Origin: a virus
Direction: 5' to 3' (one strand)
IMG/VR virus record: IMGVR_UViG_3300032298_000424
Coordinates: 5,202-69,201 of that record
DNA: 64,000 nt
Part shown: positions 39,852 to 49,396 of the stretch, piece after piece
Layout of the letters: every line of letters starts with the position of its first letter
Numbering within the stretch: the first letter of the stretch is position 1
Notes under the pieces: model-generated
Databases searched by the model: none
Seen by the model: only the letters and a program-made list of their open reading frames with translations
Told to the model about the DNA's origin: nothing
Translations under genes and position numbers: made by a program

Positions 39852-40766
39852 ATGACTGATATCGTAGAGTATGGAAAATACAAGTATGAAAATCACTTCC
39901 CTAAAAAGAAGATTTCAACTGATGTTTCTTTGATCCCTAAAAAATCCCAAGAATTAATAGAGTTTTCATATAACAACTATTGGAGTACTCCAAAGTTTAA
40001 GTTAAAGTGGTTTGTGGGTCAAGCCGAATATACCCCATTCCATATCATCCGTCAATATCTTCTTGAACTTCGTGCACGTGAAGACTCTTTAGAGTTACAA
40101 GAATATGAGTTGAAAAAGATCGAGATTGAATTAAAGATGGCAATCAGAGATCGCGATGAGGCAACTGATGAATTAGTTAGAGAAATGCTAGATTTAGAAG
40201 TAAATAAAAAAACTAATGGTGTTGCTTCAACTCGCACTAGAGTCAAAGATCTTTACATTGAACGGCAATTCTTCTTAGAACTAGTCGAAGAATTTTTAAA
40301 CGGTCCACACGGCAAAACCCCAGATGGTAGGCCATTGACCGCTGTGTTAGGCACCGAAGAAGAAGAGTTATACGAAAAACAATATTGGACAGTTCGTTTA
40401 GCACGTCAAGCAGCTATGGATTTGTGTGCTTATGGTCGTATCGGTTCTGGCAACTTAGATGCTATCATGCAACTTGGGGCCGAACAAAGAGAAGAAACTC
40501 TTGCTCTTGCGCATACAGTTAACTTAGCCGTAGAACAACAACAAACTACATTGCGTCAAGAGGCTGCGAAGTCTTTACAACTTACTAATGATGGCAAGAT
40601 GCAATATATTGGTTCATTGAATCCAGAACTTATTAATAATGCAATTAATGCAGACTTAGAACTTATGAAAGCTGCAAGTGCTAGATTAAATTTAGATAAT
40701 AAAAATTCAAATGAGCCTCCTCCTCCAACTTTGCCAAAAGAATTTAATGAAATATATAACCTTTGA
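39852..40766 (+). CDS. Hypothetical coiled-coil protein
   Basis: FV.Q...TP....RQ.LLEL, YW..RL.RQAA.D....GRIG.GN.DAI motif; function unknown. Confidence 0.65.
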   Translation: MTDIVEYGKYKYENHFPKKKISTDVSLIPKKSQELIEFSYNNYWSTPKFKLKWFVGQAEYTPFHIIRQYLLELRAREDSLELQEYELKKIEIELKMAIRDRDEATDELVREMLDLEVNKKTNGVASTRTRVKDLYIERQFFLELVEEFLNGPHGKTPDGRPLTAVLGTEEEELYEKQYWTVRLARQAAMDLCAYGRIGSGNLDAIMQLGAEQREETLALAHTVNLAVEQQQTTLRQEAAKSLQLTNDGKMQYIGSLNPELINNAINADLELMKAASARLNLDNKNSNEPPPPTLPKEFNEIYNL

Positions 40767-41469
40767 AAAATCTGAGTATCACAAAAATCTATTAAATAAA
40801 CTAGAACACAAATCTATAGCTAGTTTTTGGATATATGATGTCTATCAGATAGAATGTGATATTAATGATTTACCTAAAGAATTGCAGGAAACGTTAGTTG
40901 AATTACCCGAAAGCGTAGCTAGATGTTCATGCTTTTCTCATATTAATTTAAATGAACGAAAAACCATGAATATAAAGGTGGAGCAACAGGCTTTTGAATG
41001 GGTTAAACACACTTTTGATATACCTGCAAATAAGAAATTAAATCCTAGAGATAAATTTACATATACAATAACTGAAGAAGATGAAAAGAATTGTGTAGAA
41101 TTCATTAAGACTATCTTATTGCAGTATCTACAAAAACATTATTGCTTACTATCAGATGGTAATAAACTAAGATATAATAAAAAAATTAATAAGTTAACAG
41201 AAGCTATTCTAGACTGTAAAACTAATCACGAGTGCCACGTTATAATGCACAATCATTATAATCACCCTCTTTTGGTGGTGGAAAATAAACTTGGAAGATC
41301 TCTGCCTGGTGCAAAATGGAACTTATCACGTGATCATGGTTCAAGAAATCCAGTACGAGAAGAAGAAATCACTGAAGAAGCTTTAGATCCTGGACCTACT
41401 ATACATACTATAAGCTCTGATGTATTTACATTGAAATGGGAAATAGGTGAGCCAGTAAGAATAGAGTAA
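40747..41469 (+). CDS. Hypothetical protein
   Basis: ORF; likely start MKYITF at 40747. Confidence 0.6.
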   Translation: MKYITFEKSEYHKNLLNKLEHKSIASFWIYDVYQIECDINDLPKELQETLVELPESVARCSCFSHINLNERKTMNIKVEQQAFEWVKHTFDIPANKKLNPRDKFTYTITEEDEKNCVEFIKTILLQYLQKHYCLLSDGNKLRYNKKINKLTEAILDCKTNHECHVIMHNHYNHPLLVVENKLGRSLPGAKWNLSRDHGSRNPVREEEITEEALDPGPTIHTISSDVFTLKWEIGEPVRIE

Positions 41470-41484
41470 TATAATAACTATAGG

Positions 41485-43167
41485 ATGAATAAGGTGACTC
41501 CGAAAAAAATATTTAGTATTCCAATCAATCCTAAACTTTCACAAGAAGAGTTTACGGCATTTTATCATTGGCTTTCAGAATACAAAGACTGGATTGCTGA
41601 TGTGTACTTTACATCTAGAATAAACCCGTTCAATCAAGATGCAATGGGCGACGTCATCATGTTTAATCAAGATAAGGTTAACCTTATCGAGACAGCATTA
41701 AACATTCAAAAATATCTTGGAATTAAAGCATCTGCAACCTTTAATAATATCCAAGTAGCTCCAACGCAAACAAATTTAGATACTTTTATTGTCAACTTTA
41801 AACCGTTGTACGATGCAGGTATTCGTGTAGCAACTATTCCTCATACACATTGGATGGCCACTGGTCAAATTAAAGCTGCATTCCCAGAGTTATTTGTTAA
41901 AAATACCATACTAAGAAACGTAAGAAGACCTGCTGAAGTAGTAGCACTAGCCAAAGAAGGGTTTGATTATATTAACTTAGATCGTGATCTAATGCGCGAT
42001 AGAGATGCTTTAGTTAGACTACAAGAAGCTAAGAAGTGGATTAAAGTAAACTTAGGTAAAGACATTCAATATAGTCTATTGGCTAATGAAGGTTGCTTAG
42101 GTGAGTGCCATATGATGGATGAACACTTTGAATATAATAATACTCGTGGAGAAAAAGATCCATCTTACTTTAATTCTCCAATAAGTCGTGTAAGTTGCCC
42201 AAAATGGGACGTTGAAGATCCAGCAGTTTATTTAAAGACCGCGAACTTTGCTCCGTGGAAAGCAGATTGGGATGAATACTTAGATTTGGGTATTGATGTG
42301 TTTAAGATGCATGGAAGAGAAAGCATTGCCAGGTTGGGTGAGACCATGCGTAAAGTAGAAAGATACGTAGCAAATGAAGAAATATTAGATGATAATTTTG
42401 AAGACTTTATTAATAAGGCTCAACTTACTGGTAAACCTATTAATATTTGGCGCGATAAGATTAAAAATTGCAAATTTGATTGTTGGGAATGTCAATACTG
42501 CGATAAGATTGAAGAGAAAAAAGACGAGTATGATTATACGTCTCTAACTAAACACGTCGTAGATTCTATTGCAAAGAGTGGTATTCCAAAGGTTAACATT
42601 AATATCAGTGGCTTAACTAGTTCGCGCGTTCAAACATTATTAAATGTACTAGCTTCCAAGTGCGGTTCCTATCTAGAAGTTGGATCTTATTTGGGTGCAA
42701 CTGCGGCCGCAGTACTATATAAGAACCCCATTAAAGCATATTTTATTGATAGATGGGAACAACAAATTCAACCCGCCAATGATAACTTTCAAACTGAAGC
42801 TAATGATTACGACACCTTTCTTTTAAATATTACCCCGTATGTAGATAAATCTGATGTAAAGATCTTTAGAGAAGACATGCTGAATGTTAACTTGAATGAA
42901 ATAGATTCTAAAGTTGATATGTTCATGTATGATGGTCCGCATGATGCTAAATCTACGAGTGATGCAATTAAATACTATTGGCCAGTCTTAGCTAATGAAG
43001 CTATCTTAATTTTTGATGATGCAAATTGGGAGACAGTTATTCAAGGAGTTAGAGATGGATTGAATGAAGTAGATGCTAAAGTAATCTATGAAAAGATGAT
43101 ATTGAATTCTGAAGAGAATCCACGAGAATGGTGGAATGGATTATATATTTTGGTGATTAAAAAATGA
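41485..43167 (+). CDS. Peptidase-U32-like (Fe-S) domain fused to a class I SAM methyltransferase (Methyltransf_24-like)
   Basis: YINLDRDLMRD, LANEGC...C, SC..W, FKMHGRE, CKFDCWECQYC; C-terminal LEVGSYLGAT, MYDGPH, LIFDD. Confidence 0.75.
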   Translation: MNKVTPKKIFSIPINPKLSQEEFTAFYHWLSEYKDWIADVYFTSRINPFNQDAMGDVIMFNQDKVNLIETALNIQKYLGIKASATFNNIQVAPTQTNLDTFIVNFKPLYDAGIRVATIPHTHWMATGQIKAAFPELFVKNTILRNVRRPAEVVALAKEGFDYINLDRDLMRDRDALVRLQEAKKWIKVNLGKDIQYSLLANEGCLGECHMMDEHFEYNNTRGEKDPSYFNSPISRVSCPKWDVEDPAVYLKTANFAPWKADWDEYLDLGIDVFKMHGRESIARLGETMRKVERYVANEEILDDNFEDFINKAQLTGKPINIWRDKIKNCKFDCWECQYCDKIEEKKDEYDYTSLTKHVVDSIAKSGIPKVNINISGLTSSRVQTLLNVLASKCGSYLEVGSYLGATAAAVLYKNPIKAYFIDRWEQQIQPANDNFQTEANDYDTFLLNITPYVDKSDVKIFREDMLNVNLNEIDSKVDMFMYDGPHDAKSTSDAIKYYWPVLANEAILIFDDANWETVIQGVRDGLNEVDAKVIYEKMILNSEENPREWWNGLYILVIKK

Positions 43168-44693
43168 TTAAGAAGATAAAAAATATTGTTATATTTGGTG
43201 GAGGAACAAGCGGTTGGTTAACAGCAGCTTATATGACAAACCGTTTAAACTTTCCATGTAATATCACATTGATAGAAAGTAAATCACTTGGACCTATTGG
43301 AGTTGGTGAAGGTACACAACCATTTACTTCTAGATTTTTACATGATGCGGGTTTAGAACCAAAGCAGTGGATGAAACCAGCGCAAGCTGCATTTAAATAC
43401 GGCGTATTATTATCTGGTTGGAATAAAGAACCATACTTTGTAGATAATGATTTCGTTGAAAACCATATCATGGGTCCAAACTTATATGCACACGACTATT
43501 TTATTCATAAAACAAATGAAGAGTGGGTAAAATGGCAACCGGCTTATAGATTAGCTATGGCAAATAAAAGCCCTAAGCTTGGTGGTTATGATCATTCCAT
43601 GTCTCTTCGAGACTTTAAAGACTGGGGTGCGGTGCACTTTTCAGCATTTGATATATTAGATACTATCCACGATTTAATTAAAGATCGAATTACATATTTC
43701 GACACTAAGATTACAGAGATAAAATCTAATGATGAAGGTATCGAATACTTATTAGATGAACAAGGTAGAAAACATACAGCCGATCTTTTTATTGACTGCA
43801 CGGGCTTTGAAGCCAAGTTAATCAATAAAGAATTAAAAGTGCCTTTTATTGATATCTCTAGTATTCTTCCATGCGATAGTGCAGTTGCTATGCCTACACA
43901 ATTTAAAAATCCGCAAGAAGAATGCCATCCATATACTAAAGCAACCACTATGACGGCTGGTTGGAGATGGACAATCCCAACATTCAAACAGATTGGCAAT
44001 GGTTATGTGTATTCATCTAAACATATTTCAGCTGAAGATGCTGAAAAAGAACTAAGAGATTCTATCGGCGAATATGATGCTAAAGCTCGTCATTTAAAAA
44101 TGAGATGCGGAGCTTCTGAGAAGGTAGCACATAAGAATGTTATTGCAGTTGGATTATCTGCTGGGTTTGTAGAGCCTTTAGAAGCAACTGGTATTACATT
44201 CACTACTAAGATCGTTGAAGCATTAACAAACGGATTAAATCATCATAGCGGTATTTGGAATGATAACTTAATGAATGCTTTTAATGCAGCATATATTAAT
44301 ATGGTAGTTGAAATCATTGCGTTTGTTTGGGCTCACTATCATTATAGTGACAGAGATGATACTCCTTTCTGGCAAGAAATCAGAAACCAAAAAATAGAAG
44401 ATGCGCCGCAGTATATCCAAGAAATGTTTAGTCACTTCTATCCTACACTACATCGTAGATTTTATATAGACGATAAGACCTCTGGTTTCCATAGTGGTCA
44501 TTGGTTTAGTATGTTACATGCCAATAGAGTGTATGATAACATTGAAAAACCTAAACTATCAGAAGAAGAGATGAAGTATGCTGAATACTATATTAAGTCA
44601 AAAACTGATGAGATAGATAATGCTATAGAATATTTCCCAAATCATTATGAATTTTTGAAGGATTGGTATGAGAGAACCAGTAACGCTATTTAG
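43164..44693 (+). CDS. Flavin-dependent (tryptophan-halogenase family) halogenase
   Basis: GGGTSGW, IGVGEGT, FKYG (catalytic-Lys region), FIDCTGF, GWRWTIP (WxWxIP), GLSAGFVEPLEATG. Confidence 0.9.
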   Translation: MIKKIKNIVIFGGGTSGWLTAAYMTNRLNFPCNITLIESKSLGPIGVGEGTQPFTSRFLHDAGLEPKQWMKPAQAAFKYGVLLSGWNKEPYFVDNDFVENHIMGPNLYAHDYFIHKTNEEWVKWQPAYRLAMANKSPKLGGYDHSMSLRDFKDWGAVHFSAFDILDTIHDLIKDRITYFDTKITEIKSNDEGIEYLLDEQGRKHTADLFIDCTGFEAKLINKELKVPFIDISSILPCDSAVAMPTQFKNPQEECHPYTKATTMTAGWRWTIPTFKQIGNGYVYSSKHISAEDAEKELRDSIGEYDAKARHLKMRCGASEKVAHKNVIAVGLSAGFVEPLEATGITFTTKIVEALTNGLNHHSGIWNDNLMNAFNAAYINMVVEIIAFVWAHYHYSDRDDTPFWQEIRNQKIEDAPQYIQEMFSHFYPTLHRRFYIDDKTSGFHSGHWFSMLHANRVYDNIEKPKLSEEEMKYAEYYIKSKTDEIDNAIEYFPNHYEFLKDWYERTSNAI

Positions 44694-45276
44694 AGCTGAC
44701 TTATTTAGTTATGCAAACATAGGTACACCAGAGCAGAGGCAAGAGTTAATCGACAGATTGTTAGCTCTTAAAGCTTCTGGTGCTAAAGATATTAACGAAT
44801 TGACTAATAACGAAGGTTGTTGGAGATATTCTTTTCCAGTAACAGATTGTGAATGGTTAAATAACGCATTAAGCGTTATAATGAATGACGCATTTACATA
44901 TTATGCAAATCAACCCGGCAGCAGAATCAGAATACCAACTGAAGAAAACAAAATAAAACTCGGGAGTTGGTGCAATATTAATGAGAAATATGCTAGGAAC
45001 GTTTATCATGCACACAAAGGTTCTATATTCTCATGTGTATATTATTTACAGGCCACAGACACTGGTAGATTAATCCTTACCAATCCTGCTAATGTTTTAA
45101 ATGATTGTAGTGATTTTGCTCCGTACACTAGAGACTTTTTCTTTCTCCCCAAAGATGGTGATTTAATCCTTTGGCCTTCATGGATTCCGCATGAAGTAGA
45201 ACCCAATATGTCAGATAGACAACGAATTAATATAGTATTTGATATTGATGTGCCTTTCATATATGAACCAAAGTGA
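44668..45276 (+). CDS. 2OG-Fe(II) oxygenase (TIGR02466-like)
   Basis: WCNIN, HAH...FSCVYYL, GDLILWPSWIPHEV, RINIVF. Confidence 0.85.
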   Translation: MREPVTLFRADLFSYANIGTPEQRQELIDRLLALKASGAKDINELTNNEGCWRYSFPVTDCEWLNNALSVIMNDAFTYYANQPGSRIRIPTEENKIKLGSWCNINEKYARNVYHAHKGSIFSCVYYLQATDTGRLILTNPANVLNDCSDFAPYTRDFFFLPKDGDLILWPSWIPHEVEPNMSDRQRINIVFDIDVPFIYEPK

Positions 45277-45757
45277 GATATTATTTCCTGTTGAAATATT
45301 TTTTGGAAAAATAACATTAGATGATCGTATAATATACGATTTTAAAAAATGGTTAGAGATCCAAAAGCTATTAGAAGACGATATCAGCGCTATAAGCACA
45401 ACAATGAATGGCTGGCAGTATGCATTCAAACAACACGATATTCAACCAGAATGGCATAAAAATATAGTATCACAAATTGATACTGACTTCTATATAAAAG
45501 AAAAAAGTAGTTGGGTGGTTGACTATGATGTCGGTGGATATCAAGATCCGCATATTCATAAAAGTAGTAAAGGCACTACTATAATTAATATTGTTGGCAG
45601 CGGGGATTTATTATTATATGATACTCGACCAACTGGTGGATTTGAAGTAAAGACTTTAAATCCTGGGGATTGGATATATATTCCAGGTTGGTTGATGCAC
45701 GCTAGTCAACCATGTAAAGAAAAACGAAGCATATTAGTGATTGATTATAAAAAATGA
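45263..45757 (+). CDS. 2OG-Fe(II) oxygenase-like protein
   Basis: W...Y..GGYQDPHIH, L.LYD.RP, GDWIYIPGWLMH, KRSIL; likely start MNQSE at 45263. Confidence 0.75.
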   Translation: MNQSEILFPVEIFFGKITLDDRIIYDFKKWLEIQKLLEDDISAISTTMNGWQYAFKQHDIQPEWHKNIVSQIDTDFYIKEKSSWVVDYDVGGYQDPHIHKSSKGTTIINIVGSGDLLLYDTRPTGGFEVKTLNPGDWIYIPGWLMHASQPCKEKRSILVIDYKK

Positions 45758-46527
45758 AAATTGAGTTTTTTTCTAGTATTGAAGGTGTTGCAGAATCTAC
45801 TCCTATTTTAGAAGCTAAAGATTTCCAACAAGCTTGGTTTTCGCAATCGCGTGAAGACTATATTAAACGTCTAAATGAAGTTAATGGCACAACTATATCA
45901 CATGCATACAGGTGTCCAGGTATATTCGATCTATATAAAAATGGATTCTTCGTAACTGCTTGGTGTGATATAATAATTGAAACCAATGGAGATCCAAATT
46001 ATTATAAGTGGACTCTACCTAATATCACCTTAGCTGAGATGATGGATAAAGCAGAAGATGCTCCTATCGTACAAGATCATTCTTTCGACGGAGTAGCTAA
46101 GCACATACCTATTCCCCCAAACACATTAAGATCTATCATAAAAATTAATACGCCTTGGCACATAGTTGCTCCTAAAGGTATTAAATTTATGATGCTTCCA
46201 GTACCATATTCTGACGACTTTACGTTTACGCAGTCTACGGGAATATTAGATCCTTCTATATCAGATGCAATTAATTTACAACTTTATTGGCATAAATTAA
46301 ATGGTTCACACATGATAAAAGCTGGTACACCATTAGCATATATGATACCATTGACAGAGAATAAATATAAGTTTATCTGTAGAGATAAAAATGTTTATGA
46401 TGATTTGTGGTTGAGAAAGAAGAAGTTTTTACAGAATTTTACGTTTACGCATAAGCGCTCTCAAATGAAAGAAAGTTATGTGAAGCATAATGAATCGAAG
46501 TGCCCCTTTCATAGGTGGTTTAAATAA
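45754..46527 (+). CDS. Hypothetical protein of a family often found beside phage 2OG oxygenases (dUTPase-like C-terminal motif)
   Basis: CPGIFD....GF, KINTPW, GILD, IKAGTPLAYMIP. Confidence 0.55.
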   Translation: MKIEFFSSIEGVAESTPILEAKDFQQAWFSQSREDYIKRLNEVNGTTISHAYRCPGIFDLYKNGFFVTAWCDIIIETNGDPNYYKWTLPNITLAEMMDKAEDAPIVQDHSFDGVAKHIPIPPNTLRSIIKINTPWHIVAPKGIKFMMLPVPYSDDFTFTQSTGILDPSISDAINLQLYWHKLNGSHMIKAGTPLAYMIPLTENKYKFICRDKNVYDDLWLRKKKFLQNFTFTHKRSQMKESYVKHNESKCPFHRWFK

Positions 46528-46877
46528 TGACAATTTATCAAACATTAATCGCATGTTTTATAACGTGCGTTTTACTTTTTATAGTTTATAGACACACTGG
46601 GTTTATAGCTATAAAAGACTGCTATGCGATGTGGTTCACTAGAAAGTATTGGACCAATTATAACATAGTAGAGGCTCTTAGTTGGGCCACAAAGGCGATC
46701 ATCATCGTCCCAGGTTTAATCTTTGGGATTCAAATTTGGTGGTTATATTTCTTAACGTTATTGACAAGTCTTACATTGATTTGGGCAAGCAATAAGAAAC
46801 TATTACCTACCTTAGTTGCATTCAATAGTCTTTGGACTTGGATTAGCGTGATGGTCATTGTTAAAAACTTAGTTTAA
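46527..46877 (+). CDS. Small integral membrane protein
   Basis: About four hydrophobic segments; KKLLPTL motif. Confidence 0.65.
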   Translation: MTIYQTLIACFITCVLLFIVYRHTGFIAIKDCYAMWFTRKYWTNYNIVEALSWATKAIIIVPGLIFGIQIWWLYFLTLLTSLTLIWASNKKLLPTLVAFNSLWTWISVMVIVKNLV

Positions 46878-46887
46878 GAGGTGAATT

Positions 46888-47928
46888 ATGGACTTCGTCC
46901 TAAATGTTCTATTAAAGAACATATCATACCTCTGGATGATATTCTTCATCATGATCACTGCTGGACTAGCAAAAGAGCATCAACTCTTCGCCCCAGCTTT
47001 CGCATATGTAAGAAACACATTCAGAAGTAATAAGTTTGTTGTTGTACTCTTGAGCGCGATTGGTGGTATATTACCAATTGAAGGTAGAGTTACTGTGTCT
47101 GCAGGTTTGCTTGATACAGTAGCACCTAAAGATGGACCTGGCCGACAAAAATTAGGCATCGTTGATTATCTAGCGACGCATCACTATTATTTGTGGTCTC
47201 CGATAGAAAAGACAGTTATCTTGCCTATCGCAGCATTTGGTTTATCTTATACAGCATGGTTAGGCCTTATCGCGCCTCTATTGGTTGTTAGTTTGGCATT
47301 CATTACTTGGTATATTTGGTATCAAGTACACGAAGATCAAATTGCAATCGCCCCAGGAAATTTTAAATTATCAGCCGTCTTACGCAATGTTATTCCTATG
47401 TTTATAGCCATTGGCCTTTACATTTATAACTCTGAATGGATGATTGGTTGTTTTGGTTTCTTGACTTTATATTATATGTTAATTACCCAAGAATGGAACT
47501 TTAAGAAGTTATTAAATTATATTCGATGGGACGTGTTATTAGTAGTTGGCGCAGTTATCATATTAGGTAACTATATGAAATCTCATGGCGGCGATTTTGA
47601 AGCACTAATAAAAGGAAGTGGATTAGATCCTACAACTTTTGTTGGTATGCTGATGATTAGCGCTATTGGTTTTATAGCCAGTTTTTTAATGGGTAGTAGT
47701 GGCAAGTTTGTAGCAATAGCTGTATTAATGGCTCAAGTTTTTGGAATTGAGTATTTCTTATGGTTCTTTGCAGTAGACTTTGCAGCATACCTATTAAGTC
47801 CAACTCATAAATGCGTAATGGTAGGTCATAAGTATTTTGATACACCATTAACAACATATTATAAAGCATTAGGCACATGGGGTGGTTTACTTTTAGTAAC
47901 TGCTGGAGTAATCACGTTCGTGTTATAA
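46888..47928 (+). CDS. Multi-pass membrane transporter (ion-transporter-superfamily-like)
   Basis: About 10 hydrophobic segments; GGILPIEGR, THHYYLWSP.EK, GSSGKF, YLLSPTHKC. Confidence 0.65.
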   Translation: MDFVLNVLLKNISYLWMIFFIMITAGLAKEHQLFAPAFAYVRNTFRSNKFVVVLLSAIGGILPIEGRVTVSAGLLDTVAPKDGPGRQKLGIVDYLATHHYYLWSPIEKTVILPIAAFGLSYTAWLGLIAPLLVVSLAFITWYIWYQVHEDQIAIAPGNFKLSAVLRNVIPMFIAIGLYIYNSEWMIGCFGFLTLYYMLITQEWNFKKLLNYIRWDVLLVVGAVIILGNYMKSHGGDFEALIKGSGLDPTTFVGMLMISAIGFIASFLMGSSGKFVAIAVLMAQVFGIEYFLWFFAVDFAAYLLSPTHKCVMVGHKYFDTPLTTYYKALGTWGGLLLVTAGVITFVL

Positions 47929-47943
47929 AAAATAGAGTGTTAC

Positions 47944-47969
47944 AGAGGGGTTGATTCGACAACCCCTCT
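47944..47969 (+). other. 10-bp perfect stem-loop upstream of the outer-membrane protein gene
   Basis: AGAGGGGTTG-attcga-CAACCCCTCT; only a weak U tract follows. Confidence 0.7.
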
Positions 47970-47992
47970 TATCAAACAACAGGGGAATAAAG

Positions 47993-48859
47993 ATGAAAAA
48001 TATATTCATAGCAATATATTTTGTGTTATGCAGTTTTCCAGTATTTGCACAAAATAAATTAGAAACACCGACTGAGAAAATTCAAGATGAAAAGCAACTA
48101 AAACTTCCAAGTGTTACAGTTACTGACAAATATTTAACAAGTCAATTTGATACGGTTGGGGAATATAATCAACCTGTATGGACTACTACTAGAATGTTTG
48201 CAAGTACTAGAGCATACGTTATGACTCCTCCAGGAAATGTAAAGTATGAAAAGTGGTTCGACTTTAGAGATAGAAAAGACGGACCAACTATGATTCGAAT
48301 GCGTGATGAGTTAGCTTTTGGTTTAGGTAATAGATTAGAACTAGATCTATATCATCACACAGTTTATGATGGCGCTGCAAATAATCAGACGTTTTCGACT
48401 AGAGGTTTTAGTTGGGAAATTAGATATGCACTAGCTGATTGGGGAAAAATTTGGGGAAATCCAACATTATACTTCGAGCATAAGATGATAAATGGTAGAC
48501 AAGGTATAGAACCTAAACTATTGTTAAGTGATAGAATAGGCAATACTGATTGGATTTGGGCAACTAATCTCATCTATGAAGCAAACCTTTCTGGAGAAAC
48601 TCCTGCAGAACAAAAGAAAGAATATGCAGTAACTGCCAGCGTTGGTAAAGTTTTTAATGAAAACTGGATGCTTGGATTATCATCTCATGTACGTAAATAC
48701 GATTATGATACTAATCTAACGGAAGTTTATTTGGGTCCTGCAGTCAACTATAAAATCAATAATAACGCTAGAATTAGCGCAGAATATATGCCTAAGATTA
48801 GTGATGATGGATATTATGATAGCAGAAGCTTTATGATTTTTGCATATGACTTTAAATAA
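47993..48859 (+). CDS. Secreted outer-membrane beta-barrel-like protein
   Basis: Signal peptide MKNIFIAIYFVLCSFPVFA-Q; amphipathic strands; aromatic C-terminus FMIFAYDFK; ATG at 47993 with AGGGG RBS. Confidence 0.7.
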   Translation: MKNIFIAIYFVLCSFPVFAQNKLETPTEKIQDEKQLKLPSVTVTDKYLTSQFDTVGEYNQPVWTTTRMFASTRAYVMTPPGNVKYEKWFDFRDRKDGPTMIRMRDELAFGLGNRLELDLYHHTVYDGAANNQTFSTRGFSWEIRYALADWGKIWGNPTLYFEHKMINGRQGIEPKLLLSDRIGNTDWIWATNLIYEANLSGETPAEQKKEYAVTASVGKVFNENWMLGLSSHVRKYDYDTNLTEVYLGPAVNYKINNNARISAEYMPKISDDGYYDSRSFMIFAYDFK

Positions 48860-48886
48860 AAGCTGATAACTTATAATATATCACGT

Positions 48887-48916
48887 AATGGGGATCTCAA
48901 TGATCCCCATTTTTTT
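48887..48916 (+). terminator. Rho-independent terminator
   Basis: AATGGGGATC-tcaat-GATCCCCATT followed by a T run. Confidence 0.85.
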
Positions 48917-48923
48917 ATAAATA
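48916..48923 (+). promoter_or_regulatory. T4-type late promoter TATAAATA upstream of dps
   Basis: Exact match fused to the terminator T tract. Confidence 0.8.
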
Positions 48924-48948
48924 GATTAGTCTAATAAGGAAAATTACT

Positions 48949-49386
48949 ATGAATCAACTTGTAGAACAGCTGCGCAAGATCTTAACTTCTAATTTTGCGT
49001 TATATTTAAAAACCCATATGTTCCACTGGAATGTAGAGGGAGAAAACTTCTCAGAATACCATGACTTCTTCGCTGACGTTTACGCAGACTTATTTGCACA
49101 ATCAGATGTATTAGCTGAATTCATTCGTCAATTGGGTGAAAAAGCACCTGGATCTTTAACAGTGTATGCATCTCAAAGCTTAATCAAAGATGAAGAAGAT
49201 TTCCCAGATGCTATGACAATGTTTCAAAAACTTCAAGCAGATACTCAAGCCATGATATCTTTATACCAAGGTTTATATGATATTGCTGAAAGCGCACGTG
49301 AACATCAAATTTCAAATTATGCGGCTGATCGTTTAGCTGCACATAAAAAAACCGCATGGATGGTTCGTTCCATCCTAAAAAAATAA
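48949..49386 (+). CDS. dps: Dps (DNA-binding ferritin-like) protein
   Basis: LYLKTH.FHWNVEG..F..YH.FF, D.LAE.IR.LG, H.K.AWM ferroxidase-centre motifs. Confidence 0.92.
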   Translation: MNQLVEQLRKILTSNFALYLKTHMFHWNVEGENFSEYHDFFADVYADLFAQSDVLAEFIRQLGEKAPGSLTVYASQSLIKDEEDFPDAMTMFQKLQADTQAMISLYQGLYDIAESAREHQISNYAADRLAAHKKTAWMVRSILKK

Positions 49387-49396
49387 GAGAAATTAA

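Noticed and set aside
47935-47975. tRNA gene (GGTTGATTCGA resembles a T-loop)
   Set aside because: Single hairpin only; no cloverleaf, anticodon arm or acceptor stem
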